Origin: Candidatus Methanophagaceae archaeon GoMg1
GTDB lineage: Archaea > Halobacteriota > Syntropharchaeia > Alkanophagales > Methanospirareceae
NCBI GenBank assembly: GCA_013180605.1
Contig: QBUL01000187.1
Span: forward strand, 1-55,689
Direction of reading: 5' to 3'
DNA: 55,689 nucleotides
A program made the translations under genes and the position numbers. The notes under the pieces were generated by a model. The model saw only the letters and a program-made list of their open reading frames with translations. It did no database searches and was not told the DNA's origin. Positions 19,024 through 27,421 of this stretch are shown here, piece by piece; positions within the stretch are counted from its first letter, which is position 1, and each line of letters begins with the position of its first letter.

Positions 19024-20250
19024 TTACCCCTTTCCGGCTATCCCCTTCAATCTCGCCATTTCCTTCCATTCTGTCTCTGTATATAGAAGTTGAGATGTTT
19101 TCTCCCCTTCTCCCTCCACACCCCTAACCTTAATCATATTATCAAAGATGAACTCAAACTCTCCAGGGCTTATGTTTTTTCCACCAAGACCACCAATAAA
19201 AGATAGCAAGTGAGGCCTCTGTTTCTCATTATATAGGCAACTGGCAATCTCCGAATGCAGAATGCCGCCCTTGCCTATGCTGATGTTCTGGTCTATGACC
19301 GCTACAGCCCTCCTCCCTTTAAGTGCACCCGTTATATCCTCCACTGGAAATGGTCTTATGAGCCTCAACCTCAAAAGCCCTGCCTTTATTCCCCTTTCTC
19401 GTGCTTTATTCACTGCAGCCTTTCCGAGCGTGGAAAATGAGTTGGTCATAACGAGAACATATTTGGCATCCTCCAGCATATAGCCTTCTATGGTATCATA
19501 GTTTCGGCCAAACTCCTTTTCAAATTTCCCACATACCTCTTTGTAGACATTCAGCGCATTTTGACTTGCCAGATGCATCTGGTATTTGAAATAAGAATAC
19601 ATTGACCCGCCAAGGACTGCCACGCCCTGGGCCATGGGTTGACTTGCCTTGAAGAAAGCATGTCTTGGCTGGTAAGGCGGCAGAAACTTCCTAACCGTCT
19701 CCAACTCGGGCACCTCTACGGGTTCCCTGGTAAACGAAAGATAAAACCCATCCATATTCACAATAACCGGTAGAAGCACCTGCTCGTCCTCTACCAATCT
19801 GTATGCCATCAGTAGAGAATCTAAAACCTCCTGGCAGGTCTCACAGTGTATCTGCAAAAATCCCGAATCCCTCGCTGCGAGTACATCGTTATGATCTGGT
19901 TCGAGAGTAATCGGTGAAGACAATCCCCTCGATACATTGACCATCACCAGAGGGACTCGCCATCCTGCCACTGTATAGAGCATCTCAAAACCATACATAA
20001 GCCCTTGACTCGATGTAGCTGTAAAAGCCCTCACCCCGGTAGCAGAAGCAGCCCCTGCTGCTGTAATCATAGAATGTTCTGAGTCCATTGTAACGAGCTT
20101 GCTATCCATATCCCCATCAGATATCCATTTTGCCAATGTCTCGATAATCTCTGTCTGTGGAGTTACAGGGTAGACTGGAATATAATCCACCTCTGCTAAT
20201 CTCACTCCCCATGCAGCCGCTGCATTGCCAGTGAGCATCTCTCTTTCCAT
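19024..20250 (-). CDS. porA: 2-oxoacid:ferredoxin oxidoreductase alpha subunit
   Basis: YPVTPQT, SEHS, TATSSQGL and GGLGG motifs. Confidence 0.9.
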   Translation of the reverse strand: MEREMLTGNAAAAWGVRLAEVDYIPVYPVTPQTEIIETLAKWISDGDMDSKLVTMDSEHSMITAAGAASATGVRAFTATSSQGLMYGFEMLYTVAGWRVPLVMVNVSRGLSSPITLEPDHNDVLAARDSGFLQIHCETCQEVLDSLLMAYRLVEDEQVLLPVIVNMDGFYLSFTREPVEVPELETVRKFLPPYQPRHAFFKASQPMAQGVAVLGGSMYSYFKYQMHLASQNALNVYKEVCGKFEKEFGRNYDTIEGYMLEDAKYVLVMTNSFSTLGKAAVNKARERGIKAGLLRLRLIRPFPVEDITGALKGRRAVAVIDQNISIGKGGILHSEIASCLYNEKQRPHLLSFIGGLGGKNISPGEFEFIFDNMIKVRGVEGEGEKTSQLLYTETEWKEMARLKGIAGKG

Positions 20251-20495
20251 TGTACATAAAGTATAACTTCTACCTATAAATTTAATTTAGGACGCAGATT
20301 TACGCGGATTTACGCAGAAGACTATTTCCTCAAGTTATCAAATGCCTTACGTTTATTATAAACTCGATAGAAGATTCTAATAATCTCCTCCGTCAATTCC
20401 TTATATTTAAAATCCTGATTATCCGCTTTCATCTGCGTCCGATTATAAAAATTATTCTTTCTTGTCTGCGTTAATCAGTGTTAATCTGTGTCTAT
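20251..20495. mobile_element. GxxExxY-associated inverted-repeat element containing a gene remnant
   Basis: Same 10-bp-period arms and flank as at 13211 and 22467. Confidence 0.8.
20322..20432 (-). pseudogene. GxxExxY protein with central deletion
   Basis: MKADNQDFKYKELTEEIIRIFYRVYNK joined to RKAFDNLRK*, i.e. the family's N- and C-termini as I recall them. Confidence 0.75.
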
Positions 20496-20514
20496 AATTT
20501 ATTTTTCCCCTTTT

Positions 20515-21423
20515 TTATTTTCCGATCACCTTCTTAGCATGAACCTCCCTTATCTTCTCCAATGTCTTTGTGGGACATTCCTCAACACATATCAGACAGC
20601 CCTTACAGTTATCGTAATCGGTATATGGAAAGCCGTCTTCATTTACTAAAATACAACCATCAGGACATCTGGCAACGCAGATCATACACCTGGTGCAGGC
20701 ATCGTAATTCCAGACAGGTCTAAATACACGCCAGTTGCCTGTTCTTCGCAAGGGGGTATTGCCGGTAGCGTTTAGAGCAGGACTGGAGACCCCGGCAGTC
20801 TCGAACGGCATAGTGATAACCCCGCTTCCTTTTTGGATGACCTCGGCAGTTTTTAGTTCTACTGGTGGGATGGCATTAAAACAATACAGAGATGCCTCTA
20901 TGTTCTTCTCTATAAGAACTCTGTCTGTTACAATCTCAGATATCACCTTCTCCACAGCTTCCTTTAAAGAATCCTCTCGAAGACCAGCAATCTTGGAGGC
21001 AACAGCACCTGCAAGCGAGCTTAGGATTGTCCTTTCCAGTATATCAAGGCAAATCTTTGTTATATCCAGTGTTATAATCTGTCCTGAAATCTTATACTCA
21101 GCCCTCGCCTCCTCCGGACTTTGAGGGGTGTTGATAAACACGATGCCACCCTTTTTAAGCCCCGATACAGGCATTATCCGGGGATCATACAAGAGGGTTT
21201 TGTCCATCACGATCACAATATCTGGCTCTGATATCACTCCTCGTTCCATGATGGGTTCTTCAGATATGCGTGTGAAGGCAGCTATCGGTGCACCCCTCCT
21301 CTCGGCACCATACAACGGGAAGTCCTGAGCATAGTAGCCTTCCAAAAATGCTGCAGTCCCCAGCACTCTGCTGGCAACTTTCACCCCCTGACCACCCCTG
21401 CCGTGGAATCTCAACCTGAGCAT
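20515..21423 (-). CDS. 2-oxoacid:ferredoxin oxidoreductase fused gamma-delta subunit
   Basis: FHGRGGQG and YGAERRGAP; C-terminal 2x[4Fe-4S] CTRCMICVARCP and CKGCLICVEECP. Confidence 0.9.
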   Translation of the reverse strand: MLRLRFHGRGGQGVKVASRVLGTAAFLEGYYAQDFPLYGAERRGAPIAAFTRISEEPIMERGVISEPDIVIVMDKTLLYDPRIMPVSGLKKGGIVFINTPQSPEEARAEYKISGQIITLDITKICLDILERTILSSLAGAVASKIAGLREDSLKEAVEKVISEIVTDRVLIEKNIEASLYCFNAIPPVELKTAEVIQKGSGVITMPFETAGVSSPALNATGNTPLRRTGNWRVFRPVWNYDACTRCMICVARCPDGCILVNEDGFPYTDYDNCKGCLICVEECPTKTLEKIREVHAKKVIGK

Positions 21424-21438
21424 TTTAGAAATAGAAAC

Positions 21439-22437
21439 TCATTTTTTAGCAAACAACTTCCTTATCTCCGCACCAACCGTCTCAACCTGATGCTCCCCTA
21501 TCTTCTCTCTGCTCTCTTTCAAGAACGGAATCCCCTTTTTGTATTCCTCAACCCATTCATTTGCGAATTCACCGCTCTCAACTCGTTTCAGCGTTTCTTT
21601 CATCCTCTCCTTTACCTCAGGTCCGATTATCTTATGCCCTACGGACCACATTCCATACTCCGCCGTGTTAGAGATAACCTCTGCCATTCGCTTTATCCCG
21701 CCCTGCCACACTAAATCCACAATGAGCTTCATCTCGTGCACGCACTCGAAATACGCCATTTCCGGTGGATAGCCTGCTTCTACTAAAACCTCAAAACCAT
21801 TTTTCATTAATTCTACTAACCCACCGCATAAAACGCACTGCTCACCGAATAAATCCTCGTATGTCTCCTCTTCAAAAGTACATTCTAAGATGCCAGCTTT
21901 TGTCCAGTGCATCGCCTTTGTCATCGCCAGCGCCACGTCTCTGGCTTTTCCCGACGGGTTCTGTTTTACGGCAACGAGACCGGGAACGCCAAAGCCTTCT
22001 AAATATGCCTTCCTTTCCTCTGTTCCCGGCGCCTTCGGTGCAACCATAATAACGTCCACGTCCTCTCTTGGAACAATTCGTTTGAAGCAGATATTAAAAC
22101 CATGCGAAAAACCGAGTGTTTTTCCTGCTTTCATGTGCTTCCTTATCTGATTTTCATAAATATCCGGTTGTATTTCGTCTGGAAGCAGGATATGCACAAT
22201 ATCTCCTTTTTCTGCCGCTTTTTCTATCGCCAATACCTCAAAACCGTCCTCTTTTGCCTTTTCCCAGCTTGGGTTTTTACTGCCGCCTAATATCTCCGTC
22301 TCCCCTATGATTACGGCAACGCCGGAATCTCTTAAGCAGTTTGCCTGTGCATCTCCCTGTGCCCCATACCCCATCACTGCTATTGTTTTATCTCTTAAAA
22401 TGCCCTCATCTATATCCTCATCATGTAATACGTTCAT
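21439..22437 (-). CDS. ilvC: Ketol-acid reductoisomerase
   Basis: GYGAQG, FSHGF, APKAPG, DLFGEQ and SNTAEYG motifs. Confidence 0.95.
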   Translation of the reverse strand: MNVLHDEDIDEGILRDKTIAVMGYGAQGDAQANCLRDSGVAVIIGETEILGGSKNPSWEKAKEDGFEVLAIEKAAEKGDIVHILLPDEIQPDIYENQIRKHMKAGKTLGFSHGFNICFKRIVPREDVDVIMVAPKAPGTEERKAYLEGFGVPGLVAVKQNPSGKARDVALAMTKAMHWTKAGILECTFEEETYEDLFGEQCVLCGGLVELMKNGFEVLVEAGYPPEMAYFECVHEMKLIVDLVWQGGIKRMAEVISNTAEYGMWSVGHKIIGPEVKERMKETLKRVESGEFANEWVEEYKKGIPFLKESREKIGEHQVETVGAEIRKLFAKK

Positions 22438-22466
22438 GTTATCTCCCCTCCTGTATGTTTTATTTT

Positions 22467-22593
22467 TGTGTATAAACTATAACTTCATTCTATTTAAGAC
22501 ACTGATTTACACGGATTTTTTCTTTCTTTTGCTGGGCTGGGCTAACGGCATTAATCTTTTCATCTGTGTTAATCTGCGTTAATCTGCGTCAAT
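22467..22593. repeat. Empty GxxExxY-associated element
   Basis: tataaactataacttc..tatttaagacactgatttacacggatt ... atctgtgttaatctgcgttaatctgcgtc. Confidence 0.8.
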
Positions 22594-22707
22594 ATTTTAT
22601 TTTCTATTTTCTTGTAAGTAATTTTATTATATTTATAAATGTTGCTTTTTTGATTTAAAACTTTTTCGAATACCTTTTCACAAAAGGAGAACTCATGTAC
22701 CTCATTT

Positions 22708-23208
22708 CTATTTCTCCACGCCTCCACCCGCACTTATCCCAATCGCCGTGACCCCCGTCCTGAACAACTGTTTCACGCCAAAATGGCGCATCAAATCCAC
22801 GAACCTATCTATCTTTTTTGGCTCTTCCGTAAGTTCCAGTGTTACGGAATCCAGAGCGGCGTCCAATATTTTCGCTCCGTAAGATTCCGCAAGCTGCATC
22901 ACCTCCAAACGGGCTCCTGAATCCTTCGCATGCACCTTTAGCAGGCATAAATCGCGGATAATCGCTTCGTTCTCTTTCAAATCCACCACTTTTACCACTT
23001 CTATCAGGTTGCTGAGCTGCTTCCTTACCATCTCCAGCTCGCTCTCTGAACCCTCTATCGCTACCGTCATCCTCGATAACCCTTCCTTCTCGCATGGAGA
23101 AACCGTAAGCGAGGTGATATTGATTCCTCGCTGGGTGAACATGCCCGACATTCTCGTAAGCACCCCCGGATTATCCTCCACCAATAACGAAATTATATGT
23201 GTTTGCAT
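22708..23208 (-). CDS. ilvN: Acetolactate synthase small subunit
   Basis: ACT domain EDNPGVLTR..G.F..RG.NI.SL. Confidence 0.93.
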   Translation of the reverse strand: MQTHIISLLVEDNPGVLTRMSGMFTQRGINITSLTVSPCEKEGLSRMTVAIEGSESELEMVRKQLSNLIEVVKVVDLKENEAIIRDLCLLKVHAKDSGARLEVMQLAESYGAKILDAALDSVTLELTEEPKKIDRFVDLMRHFGVKQLFRTGVTAIGISAGGGVEK

Positions 23209-24911
23209 CTTTCCGTTCCTATCATTCCCGTTATACCACCACCTGGAGGAATCATAGGCAATACCTTGTCCTCCTTACCTACAATCATGTCAAGCACTGC
23301 GGGTTTTCCCGACTCAAATGCGTTGTTTAATGCGTCTTTCAAATCCTCTGGCTTTTCCACTCGCTCGCCATAGCATCCAAACGCTTCCGCCAGCTTAACA
23401 AAATCCGGCGTTATTCCCAAACCTGTATGCGCGTATTTCTTTTCATAGAACAGCTCCTGCCACTGCCTTACCATACCCAAATATCTGTTGTCTAATATGC
23501 AGACCACGACGGGTATATCATTCTCAACGCAGGTAGCCAAATCTTGACAGGTCATCAGGAAACTTCCGTCCCCTGCTATGTCCACGACTTTCTTATCCGG
23601 TGCCGCAACCTTCGCTCCTATTGCTGCGGGGAATCCGAATCCCATCGTCCCCAGTCCGCCGGAGGAAATAAAAGTGCGGGGCTTTCTCGTCATGTAATAA
23701 TGCGCTGCAAACATCTGACACTGCCCCACTTCTGTGGTGACGATTGCGTCGTCATCCAGGATTCTGCTGATTTCTTTTATTAATATATCTGATACCGATG
23801 CCCCTTCCCTCGATATATCTTCTACACACGAGTCACATGCCTCGTGCATCTTTTTTATTCTCTTCTCCCATTCGCTCTCACTTTTCTTCGCTCTTTTTTT
23901 CTCCAGCAACTTTAATATTCCCGACAGCGCGAGTTTTACATCTCCTACAATCGGTATATCCACCTGTATGTTCTTGTTTATCTCCGCGGTATCTATGTCC
24001 ACGTGTATCAGAGTGGCATCCGGAGCAAACTGGTCTAATTGCCAGCCCGTGGTTCTATCGCTGAATCTTGTCCCTAAGGCAAGCAGAGCATCGCATTCAT
24101 TAATCGCTCTGTTCGCATAGAGCTGTCCATGCATCCCTGCCATGCCCAAGCAGAAAGGATGATTTTCGGGAATCGCTCCTTTACCCATAAGCGTTGTTAC
24201 TACGGGAGCACCAAGAAAATCAGCTAAATGACGTAACTCCACCGCAGCATCTGCGCTGATAACGCCTCCGCCTGCCAGTATAAGAGGTCGCTCCGCATTT
24301 GCTAAAATCTCAACAACTCGCTTTATTTGCACTTGATTCGGCTTTATATTCGGTTTATAGCCCGCAAAAGTCTCCTTCTGGTGTAAATCCACCTTTGCCT
24401 TACCTGCTAATATGTCCGTTGGCAGGTCAACCAAAACAACCCCTTTCCTTCCGGTATTGGCAATATAAAAGGCATTATGGATGACCTTGGGTAAATCTTC
24501 TGTTCTTTTTACGAGGAAGTTATGTTTCGTGATGGGCATGGTGATAGTGAAGGTGCTGGCTTCCTGAAATGCGTTTGTGCCTATTACAGAGGTCGGCACC
24601 TGCCCTGTTAATGCCACCACAGGCGAAGAATCCATGTTTGCATTCGCCAGTCCAGTAACGAGGTTCGTGGCGCCGGGACCCGAAGTGGCGATGCAAACGC
24701 CTGCTTTACCTGATACACGTGCATAGCCGTCAGCAGCGTGCGCCGCACATTGCTCATGCCTCATTAATATGTGTCTTATCGCCTCTTCCTTGTACAGCAC
24801 ATCGTACAAGTCTAACAGAGCTCCCCCAGGTATTCCAAAGGCTACTTCCGCTCCTTCCGTCTTCAACTCCTCTACTACTATTTCCGCACCACTTAGCTTC
24901 TGCTTTGCCAT
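23193..24911 (-). CDS. ilvB: Acetolactate synthase large subunit
   Basis: RHEQ, TSGPGATN, SGGLGTMGFG, GDGSF and LGMVRQWQ motifs. Confidence 0.95.
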   Translation of the reverse strand: MAKQKLSGAEIVVEELKTEGAEVAFGIPGGALLDLYDVLYKEEAIRHILMRHEQCAAHAADGYARVSGKAGVCIATSGPGATNLVTGLANANMDSSPVVALTGQVPTSVIGTNAFQEASTFTITMPITKHNFLVKRTEDLPKVIHNAFYIANTGRKGVVLVDLPTDILAGKAKVDLHQKETFAGYKPNIKPNQVQIKRVVEILANAERPLILAGGGVISADAAVELRHLADFLGAPVVTTLMGKGAIPENHPFCLGMAGMHGQLYANRAINECDALLALGTRFSDRTTGWQLDQFAPDATLIHVDIDTAEINKNIQVDIPIVGDVKLALSGILKLLEKKRAKKSESEWEKRIKKMHEACDSCVEDISREGASVSDILIKEISRILDDDAIVTTEVGQCQMFAAHYYMTRKPRTFISSGGLGTMGFGFPAAIGAKVAAPDKKVVDIAGDGSFLMTCQDLATCVENDIPVVVCILDNRYLGMVRQWQELFYEKKYAHTGLGITPDFVKLAEAFGCYGERVEKPEDLKDALNNAFESGKPAVLDMIVGKEDKVLPMIPPGGGITGMIGTERCKHI

Positions 24912-25012
24912 TTTTCCCTAGTTTTCCCCACGCCTTTTAATTTATATCCGTGATGCCGTGGCTCAAATTATCTCTTTTGAATATAGTGCTTGCAGAATAT
25001 TTAAACCTTTTG

Positions 25013-26176
25013 CTATCCCTTCTGATGCATCTTCTTGAAAATAGTAGGGCAGCTAATACTTGTTATTAACGCAAGCACAATGATAGCCGATTCCATTGCT
25101 GTATCTACCAATCCGAGTTCCAACCCAACCGCTGCCATCGCGATTATCAAGCTTAATCGCGAAGAAAGTAAAACACCGGCGGAAATGCTATCCTTCAATG
25201 AATGCCGGATGAGAAAAAGCAGCGACGGCACTATCTTCACCACGAATGCGATTAAAAGTAGCATTGGAACAAGATAAATCCCTCCTCGCGCCAAAGCTCC
25301 AAGGTCAAACTGCATTCCTACGCTTATAAAGAATATCGGTATGAGGAATCCGTAACCAATCCCGAAGAGTTTCTGCTCGAGCACCGTCCCGCCACGGAAC
25401 AAAAGGGAGAGCATCACACCCGCAAGAAACGCACCCAGTATGGCTATGGCTTTAATATCGGCTATCTCGGATAAAGCAACGAATACGAGCAATAATGCGA
25501 AGGCAGCCCTTACACCCATCTCTGTCGGCTGGTCAGATTTAAACCACGCGGAAAGACGCTCTGGATAATGCCAGATCACAAGCTTACCCACGTAATACAC
25601 CATGAAAAACAGAATAAATACAAGTGCAATTAAAAACATCTCCCATGTGACTCCCTTTTTAAAATGTAGCGTGTACACCGTAACGAGCAACACAGTGGCA
25701 AAATCAGCAATGAATGCCGATATGAGGATTGTCTGTCCAAAGTCACTCTTTAATAGCCCCAGTTCCCTTATCGTTGGCACGGTTAAGCCCACCGCGGAGG
25801 TTGAGAGGATGAGCGCAAGATATAATCCAAAGCCCTGTTTAGTCGTCAGGAATATCGAAATGCCGAGCGTGATGATAAAGATAAAAGTTCCAAGGATAAA
25901 CAGTTTCGCACCATGAACCTCAACCTTAGAAAAATCTATCTCCAGACCTACTAAAAACATCAGAAATATAAGTCCAAAGCTCGCAAGAAAGTCTATAACT
26001 ATTCGTCCTTCTGCTTCGAGTGAGAACCCCAAAAGCCCAAAGAGCATTCCGCAGACGATTTCTCCAACCACTGCCGGGACGCCTATTCTATCAGAAAGAA
26101 TTGGAATGATGAATGCGAATACCGCTATCGCTAATAATAGGATATAGGGACTTATAGTTATGGTCACAATCATCAC
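25013..26176 (-). CDS. Cation:proton antiporter (CPA2)
   Basis: Multi-TM; LMFLVGLE, LGAFLAG and PIFFISVG motifs. Confidence 0.88.
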   Translation of the reverse strand: MMIVTITISPYILLLAIAVFAFIIPILSDRIGVPAVVGEIVCGMLFGLLGFSLEAEGRIVIDFLASFGLIFLMFLVGLEIDFSKVEVHGAKLFILGTFIFIITLGISIFLTTKQGFGLYLALILSTSAVGLTVPTIRELGLLKSDFGQTILISAFIADFATVLLVTVYTLHFKKGVTWEMFLIALVFILFFMVYYVGKLVIWHYPERLSAWFKSDQPTEMGVRAAFALLLVFVALSEIADIKAIAILGAFLAGVMLSLLFRGGTVLEQKLFGIGYGFLIPIFFISVGMQFDLGALARGGIYLVPMLLLIAFVVKIVPSLLFLIRHSLKDSISAGVLLSSRLSLIIAMAAVGLELGLVDTAMESAIIVLALITSISCPTIFKKMHQKG

Positions 26177-27330
26177 ACAACCGTTAGAACAGAACAGGGA
26201 GCGTCATTTACTATTTTCCTTATCAGGTCTGACCTTATAACACCCGTTCCTTTCCAGGGAATCACTGCGAGCTCGTAATTCCCACTTTTTACTTCTTTTA
26301 CCGCTTCTATCATTGGGTTACCTTCCACCCAATTTTCAATAATCCGTACGTTTCCTTTTTCTCCCATCTTTTTTATCCCATCAATCAGCTCGCCGGGAAC
26401 TGTCTCCAAAATGAGTAAATGCAGCTCAGCCCCGCATGAATGCGCTATCTGAACCGCGTGCCTTCCAACACTCGCAGATACATCAGATGAATCCAGAAGT
26501 GCAAGAACGCGTTCGTAATACCTAAATGTTCGCGCAACAAGAATCGGACAGCAAGCGCATTTTATCAGCTTCAAAACGACACTCCGTTTAAATAATTTAT
26601 CCAGAATGCCAAGTTCTTCGTGGTCTAGTATTATACAATCAGGGTAATAGGCGTGTTCTTTTACACGGTCCATTATTATACAGCCAGGATAATGCAGGTG
26701 CTTTTTTATTATCTCCATCAGTTTTTCCTCTTCCAACAATATCTTAAGCGGTACGCCCATCTCCATTGCCCGGGATTCCATCTCTTGCCTGTCTATCTCC
26801 TCAGATGATACAGCAGTAACCTCCGCCCCCACGACGGAAGCAACCAACAAAGCTTCTTTGAACGCCTTATCCACCGTATCATTACTGATAATCGGAACGA
26901 GGATTTTTTCGAAAGGCATGTGTATTTCGGCGCTCGCATCAAAGCCAGAACGCATCATATCGCCGATGAGATTCGCAACTATCTTTGTAGGAAACATGAT
27001 GGATTCAATACCCAACTTCTGAAATCTCTCCCTGTCTTCCGGGTCTTCTACCCGAACAATTATCTTAGGGACACCGTATTTCTTCGCAATAGCTGCAGCG
27101 CGATAATTGACATCGTCATTGCCCGTGAGCGATATAAAAGCCTCGGCATCATCCAAACCAACTCGCTTTAGCAATTCTTCGTCGCTTCCATCGCCAATAA
27201 TTACCTCTACGCCCGCTAATCCCTGGAGTTTCTCACGCTTTTCCGTGTTTATCTCAATAATTACAGATCCGGGTAACTGAGCTGCCAGATCTCTCCCTAC
27301 TCTTCCACCACCAATAATGATCTTTTTCAT
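26173..27330 (-). CDS. TrkA-N (RCK) domain fused to tandem USP domains
   Basis: IIGGGRVG and GDG; KILVP and APCSVL USP motifs; start at MKKII. Confidence 0.8.
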   Translation of the reverse strand: MKKIIIGGGRVGRDLAAQLPGSVIIEINTEKREKLQGLAGVEVIIGDGSDEELLKRVGLDDAEAFISLTGNDDVNYRAAAIAKKYGVPKIIVRVEDPEDRERFQKLGIESIMFPTKIVANLIGDMMRSGFDASAEIHMPFEKILVPIISNDTVDKAFKEALLVASVVGAEVTAVSSEEIDRQEMESRAMEMGVPLKILLEEEKLMEIIKKHLHYPGCIIMDRVKEHAYYPDCIILDHEELGILDKLFKRSVVLKLIKCACCPILVARTFRYYERVLALLDSSDVSASVGRHAVQIAHSCGAELHLLILETVPGELIDGIKKMGEKGNVRIIENWVEGNPMIEAVKEVKSGNYELAVIPWKGTGVIRSDLIRKIVNDAPCSVLTVV

Positions 27331-27421
27331 TTCTTCGACTTGACAGAACAAATTAGAAATTAAACGGTTCCTTTAAAAATTTATTTAGTGGGAGCGTGAA
27401 CAGATAAAAAGAGAAACGAGA

